From the IMG/VR virus record IMGVR_UViG_3300024258_000017: a stretch of DNA of 64,000 nucleotides. The stretch is one strand, 5' to 3'. Numbering within the stretch: position 1 is the stretch's first letter; the number at the start of each line of letters is the position of its first letter. Below, in pieces: positions 59,563 through 64,000 of the stretch. Both the position numbers and the translations under genes were made by a program. This stretch comes from an uncultured virus (IMG/VR IMGVR_UViG_3300024258_000017). Its lineage: Duplodnaviria; Heunggongvirae; Uroviricota; Caudoviricetes. Below the pieces are notes generated by a model that did not search any database, was not told where the DNA came from, and saw only the letters and a program-made list of their open reading frames with translations.

Positions 59563-60653
59563 AGTTGAATTCCGTTTTGATGGAAGACAGTCAGCATATT
59601 CTCATGTGACGGGTGATAATAATGTTTCTGGATTGTTGTAGTCTCACACCCTGCGATCTGAGACAGTTGTTCCATGGAGAACATATTGTGTCCGCTCTCC
59701 AATTTGAGTTCACATAATTTTGTAATGAAGTAATGTCTGAATCTATGGGGTGACAGGTCTTCGACGTTCGCCCCTATCGCCCATCTCTCAACTGTTTTAC
59801 CAATTGTCCGTTCATTCATAGCCAGACTGGTATCAACTCTATCGGTCCTCTTGATAGTTGGAAACAGGTATCCGGCTGTATCCCCGCCTGATCGCCCACT
59901 GTAAGGGCTATAATGATGAACGAATTCATCGATATATCTTTTTATAATCAGCAATGTATTTTTACTGGTCGGTACCATTCTCCAACCATCTTTATTCTGT
60001 GATGTCTTCATCCCGTAGATATTAATATAACCTTTTTCGAAATAGACATTTGAAACTTTCAATGAAATAACTTCATTCACCCTGACCCCAAGGTTCACCA
60101 ACACCTCAAGAAGAGCCATGTCCCTTGACTTTATTATGATTTCCAGTGGTGTGACCGCCTTCCTCTTGGCAAGGTAGTCTCTGATTGAATCAACCTTCTC
60201 CCTGTTCAGTGGAGTCTTTGACTTCAGTTTCTTTTCTGTATTTGATTTTCGAATGTAAACAAATGCCCAGTTAGGATCAAATTCTGTGATGCCTTCATAG
60301 TTTGCCCACCGGAAAAAATCAGCAATAGCAGACTTGTATAGATTCCGAGTAGTCTTTTTCATGTGCTTATTAAATAAGCTACTGAAAAAATCTAACAGAC
60401 TCTTTTGATCTGCATGTAATAATATATCACCTTTTATTTCATCCCATTGAGATTCAAATTTATTCCTGACTTTTCTATTCATAAAAAGCCATCCATTAAA
60501 TGTCAGGACATATCTATAATATTGTTTGATTGTATTTTGTGCCAAGTTCCGTTCTTGGAGTTCGAGATGTGATTTATAATCCTTGACACAGTTGGGAATA
60601 AATACCCTTCCCTTTCTTTTGTCTGTCAAAATCATTTTCATTCTACCTTCCAA
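59559..60653 (-). CDS. tyrosine recombinase/integrase (XerC/D-like)
   Basis: N-terminal NLAQNTIKQY, RD.A....L...GVRVNE, HRFRH, C-terminal Tyr. Confidence 0.9.
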   Translation of the reverse strand: MEGRMKMILTDKRKGRVFIPNCVKDYKSHLELQERNLAQNTIKQYYRYVLTFNGWLFMNRKVRNKFESQWDEIKGDILLHADQKSLLDFFSSLFNKHMKKTTRNLYKSAIADFFRWANYEGITEFDPNWAFVYIRKSNTEKKLKSKTPLNREKVDSIRDYLAKRKAVTPLEIIIKSRDMALLEVLVNLGVRVNEVISLKVSNVYFEKGYINIYGMKTSQNKDGWRMVPTSKNTLLIIKRYIDEFVHHYSPYSGRSGGDTAGYLFPTIKRTDRVDTSLAMNERTIGKTVERWAIGANVEDLSPHRFRHYFITKLCELKLESGHNMFSMEQLSQIAGCETTTIQKHYYHPSHENMLTVFHQNGIQL

Positions 60654-61192
60654 TCATTTCTTTCTGCCATGGCGACCATCTTATCCCAGTCCTCGCCTAA
60701 TTCACCCGTTACCCTGTCGAAAATTTCTCGGTCAGTCTTTTTTATGTGCATGAAGTAAGCCCAGACTCTTTCCCAGTTAGGTTCTACTGATATTGTTTTC
60801 ACCCTGTTTTCCCTGTTGTAATAATTACATAGTGCTTCAAAGGCTGTTGCACCCGTCTCAATTATTTGTTTTCCAGAATTGGGTGAGGCTACCCATTTTT
60901 GTTCAAAGTCTATAAACAGGTCTATCCCATTTGCAATGGCATACCTTAGAAATTCACTCTCATGAATCAGCCAGCTTTTACATAATTCATCAGTTCTCTT
61001 TTTACTTGCGCCGAGATTCTTTGCCTCGATTAAAAACTCAAGTGTTGCTATCCGGTCATGCAGATCAAGACACCACCATTTTACAACGAAGTCACTCTCA
61101 AAATAAATTTCAGGTGTGTCAGCATCGACGACAGCAGGATTCTTATGGATTAAATTGCCACCTGTATGCAGATAATAATAACACTTTAACAT
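60638..61192 (-). CDS. hypothetical phage protein
   Basis: YYYLHTGGNLIHK; operon ORF. Confidence 0.65.
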   Translation of the reverse strand: MLKCYYYLHTGGNLIHKNPAVVDADTPEIYFESDFVVKWWCLDLHDRIATLEFLIEAKNLGASKKRTDELCKSWLIHESEFLRYAIANGIDLFIDFEQKWVASPNSGKQIIETGATAFEALCNYYNRENRVKTISVEPNWERVWAYFMHIKKTDREIFDRVTGELGEDWDKMVAMAERNDWKVE

Positions 61193-61527
61193 TACATACC
61201 CACCTTTTCCGGTACAGCAGTAAGCCCAAAAGAATTTTCAGCCTTATTGATATAGACATCAATCGTTTCTTGTGTCGTCCACTCTTCATATATCCCATCA
61301 TCATTATTGTAATCAATTGGGTTACACCATTCCAACCTACTGCCCTGTTTAAAAACCTTATGATAAGACCCGTCGGTGTATTTATCTACTTTCAAACTTT
61401 CATACCAATCCATTAATTCCTGTTTATCATAGGCAACCGCTACCATATTTAATTTTTCATAATTAGCAGGAATTGGATTTAGATATAATTTAAAAACTAA
61501 TACCTGTGTTATCGTTCTTGTCTGCAT
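61192..61527 (-). CDS. hypothetical protein
   Basis: GGAGG RBS. Confidence 0.65.
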   Translation of the reverse strand: MQTRTITQVLVFKLYLNPIPANYEKLNMVAVAYDKQELMDWYESLKVDKYTDGSYHKVFKQGSRLEWCNPIDYNNDDGIYEEWTTQETIDVYINKAENSFGLTAVPEKVGM

Positions 61528-61784
61528 TACATGCCTCCTGCACCCGCATTCAGAGCCGATACATTTGATTCAGTTGTATATACACATGTCCAAATTGATT
61601 GATTAGAGTACCCTGTCAGAAGGAAAGTATATTTTAGTTCCCAGTCTGCATCATGCAAAGTCATGGTTGTCACCCCAATTAAAAAATCATTATCATCCCT
61701 GTCGCAAGACTTCATTTGAAGTTCTTCGAGAACACTTTGTTCTCCAATCTGATTGAATGTATAGTCTTTATTTTTAATAAACAT
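61527..61784 (-). CDS. hypothetical protein
   Basis: AAGGAG RBS. Confidence 0.6.
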   Translation of the reverse strand: MFIKNKDYTFNQIGEQSVLEELQMKSCDRDDNDFLIGVTTMTLHDADWELKYTFLLTGYSNQSIWTCVYTTESNVSALNAGAGGM

Positions 61785-61796
61785 TTGTTCTCCTTT

Positions 61797-61832
61797 TCAT
61801 CCCACCCCGCAGATTGTAGCAGGATGGGATGA
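61797..61832 (-). promoter_or_regulatory. 14-bp hairpin directly 5' of an RBS
   Basis: Minus strand UCAUCCCAUCCUGC/GCGGGGUGGGAUGA with two G-U pairs, then AAGGAG. Confidence 0.5.
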
Positions 61833-62088
61833 CGCTTTTTTTTCTTTGAAATAACACACAAATTAAGGTGTTGAATATCTTGGGTGTGGCTTAGTTAATC
61901 TGGTTTCATCGTTCGGACGATGACAGCCCTCCGCCTTGGCAGTTTTCTTGCGCTGATCAGCTTCGACCCAAGTGTAATTTTTGTGATATTTGTGTCATGA
62001 GGGGGTCGCCTCCAAGAGATGAACATGCTATTATAACGATAATAATAGCATCTGTAAATGGTATAGGCACGATCACGATATAAACCAA

Positions 62089-62841
62089 TCATATAATTAT
62101 TGCCCACCATCCACGCAGAGGGTCTTTATATGGTTTGTTCGGTATAGGAATATGCAATTCTCCGCTACAAAACCCTGCCTCGATTAATTTTTCAATATGT
62201 TCAATGCTTACTTCATCAATTTCCCCGTTGAATTTATCTTCAGAAAATTTATCAAACACATTGTATCCAATTTCGTGTTGTAATATTTCAGTACGGTGTT
62301 CAAATAATTTTTCTTCTGTTGTCTCTGGCTCGGAGATATTTTTTACTGGTACTTCTAAAACGAATCTTCTGTTCCAAGCCTGTATTGCTTCACTCTCTTT
62401 AGAAAATACTGCCACTGACCCAAGTCTCATAATGCAAAAACTTGTAACACAATCAACTGAATAATCAGGATCATTAGTAACCTTGATGTGTCTCTCTTCG
62501 ACTATACCTTCACCTCCGCAGAACGGGCATGGTTTTATTCCGGTCTTTTTACTTTTGGGTAATGGTAGTTTATCAAGATCGCTTTGTAACACTGATATTT
62601 TATCCGTGTAATCTTTTCTCAAAAGAGTAGGGTTGTTTCCCTTGTTCCACCTTTTAATAATTTCATTGTCGGTAATATCCCAATTACAATTTTTTATTTC
62701 GACCTTATGACCACAGGAACATTCCCCCCACGAAACATTGAAAGTACTGTACCCACAATTATAAATCTTAATGTCCTTGTTACCGCATTTGATACATGGT
62801 TTTATTTTAATCCGTTTTGCCATTATAAAGACCTCTTGCAA
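62089..62841 (-). CDS. tandem Lar-like (restriction alleviation) zinc-ribbon protein
   Basis: IKPCIKCG...IKRWN and IKPCPFCGG...EAIQAWNRR. Confidence 0.75.
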   Translation of the reverse strand: MQEVFIMAKRIKIKPCIKCGNKDIKIYNCGYSTFNVSWGECSCGHKVEIKNCNWDITDNEIIKRWNKGNNPTLLRKDYTDKISVLQSDLDKLPLPKSKKTGIKPCPFCGGEGIVEERHIKVTNDPDYSVDCVTSFCIMRLGSVAVFSKESEAIQAWNRRFVLEVPVKNISEPETTEEKLFEHRTEILQHEIGYNVFDKFSEDKFNGEIDEVSIEHIEKLIEAGFCSGELHIPIPNKPYKDPLRGWWAIII

Positions 62842-63395
62842 TCTCGTAGCCGTTCGAATATTTCTCCACCTGTTTTAGACCCTGTTGGAAAATATTGATA
62901 ACCACGATTATTTGGAAGTTCCTTTATCTTCCCGATTAATTTTTTGTCTAAATATACCTTGAGATAAAAGATTTCTTTAAAGGTAACGCCTTTAGATAAT
63001 GTTTCTCTCATTTTAACCTCCCAGTTAAACTTAAATAATTGTGATAAATCTTCTCTGACTTTAGGGTGAAGGGTTACTCGACCCTGAGATGTACAACCAA
63101 CAGGTATAAAATATCCATCCTGTATCATCGTTGTCAACCGTTCAATAATCTTTTCAAGTGGTTGAACTTCCAAATATTTTATGATGTTTTTGTATTGGTG
63201 TTTGAAGTCATGGAATTGAGCTGACATATTATCGTGCTTTATTACTTGGCTTATGCTCATAACAAAACAGTTCGGTGCATCTTTTACCCGTTCAATGTTC
63301 GGATTATCAGGCAGTGATTCTATCCTTGTTGTGATGTATCGTTTAATATATTCAACCTGTTCAGAGATACCGTCTATCTTTGAAATTAAATCCAT
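62823..63395 (-). CDS. hypothetical protein
   Basis: 190-aa operon ORF. Confidence 0.6.
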   Translation of the reverse strand: MDLISKIDGISEQVEYIKRYITTRIESLPDNPNIERVKDAPNCFVMSISQVIKHDNMSAQFHDFKHQYKNIIKYLEVQPLEKIIERLTTMIQDGYFIPVGCTSQGRVTLHPKVREDLSQLFKFNWEVKMRETLSKGVTFKEIFYLKVYLDKKLIGKIKELPNNRGYQYFPTGSKTGGEIFERLRDCKRSL

Positions 63396-63403
63396 GGTTT
63401 TTA

Positions 63404-63703
63404 TTATCCTCCCACTAATTTATTTGAAGGTGATGTAACTCCACCCTCAATAGATTGCATCGGTTCACCGCACTCAGAAAATTCTCCATCACATTCATCA
63501 ACCTTCTCACCGGAACCACAGGCACAAAGATCAGTACCCCAATTATTGACGCAGTAATTACAACTACCATATTCAGAGACTATATCATTTTCATCTTCGT
63601 GTCCGTATGTGCTTATGAAGTCATCTTCTGGCATACTGAAATCACCACTATCTAAATGTACTGTCATTGCACCGCATTGGCACGTTGAATATTCTACCCT
63701 CAT
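63404..63703 (-). CDS. Cys-rich protein with SEC-C-like motif
   Basis: CQCG, CNYC, CACGSGEK..EC. Confidence 0.6.
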   Translation of the reverse strand: MRVEYSTCQCGAMTVHLDSGDFSMPEDDFISTYGHEDENDIVSEYGSCNYCVNNWGTDLCACGSGEKVDECDGEFSECGEPMQSIEGGVTSPSNKLVGG

Positions 63704-63969
63704 GATTTATCCTCTACTTTTAATGATCTCATTACACCATTACATACTATCTTGCCCTGCCATCTCATTCTTGACAAAGCCCTGATAACCTCGGCGGGTT
63801 TATAGTCCCTGTTCTCACAGATACCCATAACTAAATTGTGAAAATGTAATTCTCTGTCAACTGACAACGCTTCAACAATCAGTGGGATAATTTCTTGAGT
63901 CACAGTCTCTTGATTAGCGAGTTCAATTTTTGCTCTTTCTTCTTTACTGTTAAACATGTTTACCCGCAT
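63700..63969 (-). CDS. hypothetical protein
   Basis: Operon ORF with ATGA overlap. Confidence 0.5.
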   Translation of the reverse strand: MRVNMFNSKEERAKIELANQETVTQEIIPLIVEALSVDRELHFHNLVMGICENRDYKPAEVIRALSRMRWQGKIVCNGVMRSLKVEDKS

Positions 63970-64000
63970 ACAAGTCAGTTAATATTTTCCCTGCATTTCT

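Noticed and set aside
1..64000. Alternative genetic code or stop-codon reassignment
   Set aside because: Standard code gives dense, full-length genes ending in TAA, TAG and TGA

Overview
The window holds most of a tailed dsDNA phage genome (Caudoviricetes), siphovirus-like: it has a TP901-type tape measure, a frameshifting tail chaperone and no recognisable sheath. No bacterial housekeeping genes are visible. Layout: (i) 1-4577 is an AT-rich control region with a ~650-nt structured minus-strand non-coding element ending in an intrinsic terminator, and a divergent sigma-like gene. (ii) 4578-23406 (+) is an accessory, recombination and replication operon (YopX, MTase, ASCH-like, two SpoVG-like, Gp37/Gp68, VRR-NUC, Cas4-like, initiator, DnaC, SMC-like ATPase) punctuated by structured intergenic hairpins and a tRNA-like element. 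(iii) 23462-55363 (+) covers packaging, head, fibre, lysis and tail genes. (iv) 55355-64000 (-) is an accessory operon with an MTase, a tyrosine recombinase and a Lar-like gene. Best leads: an integron-like attC cassette carrying a methyltransferase that splits a phage gene and can be excised in silico to restore the frame; the large structured RNA with 13 co-oriented GTTCA motifs; an intact receiver domain inside the lysis cassette; and four tandem tail-tube-like paralogs. All calls come from reading motifs by eye. No database search or folding program was run.
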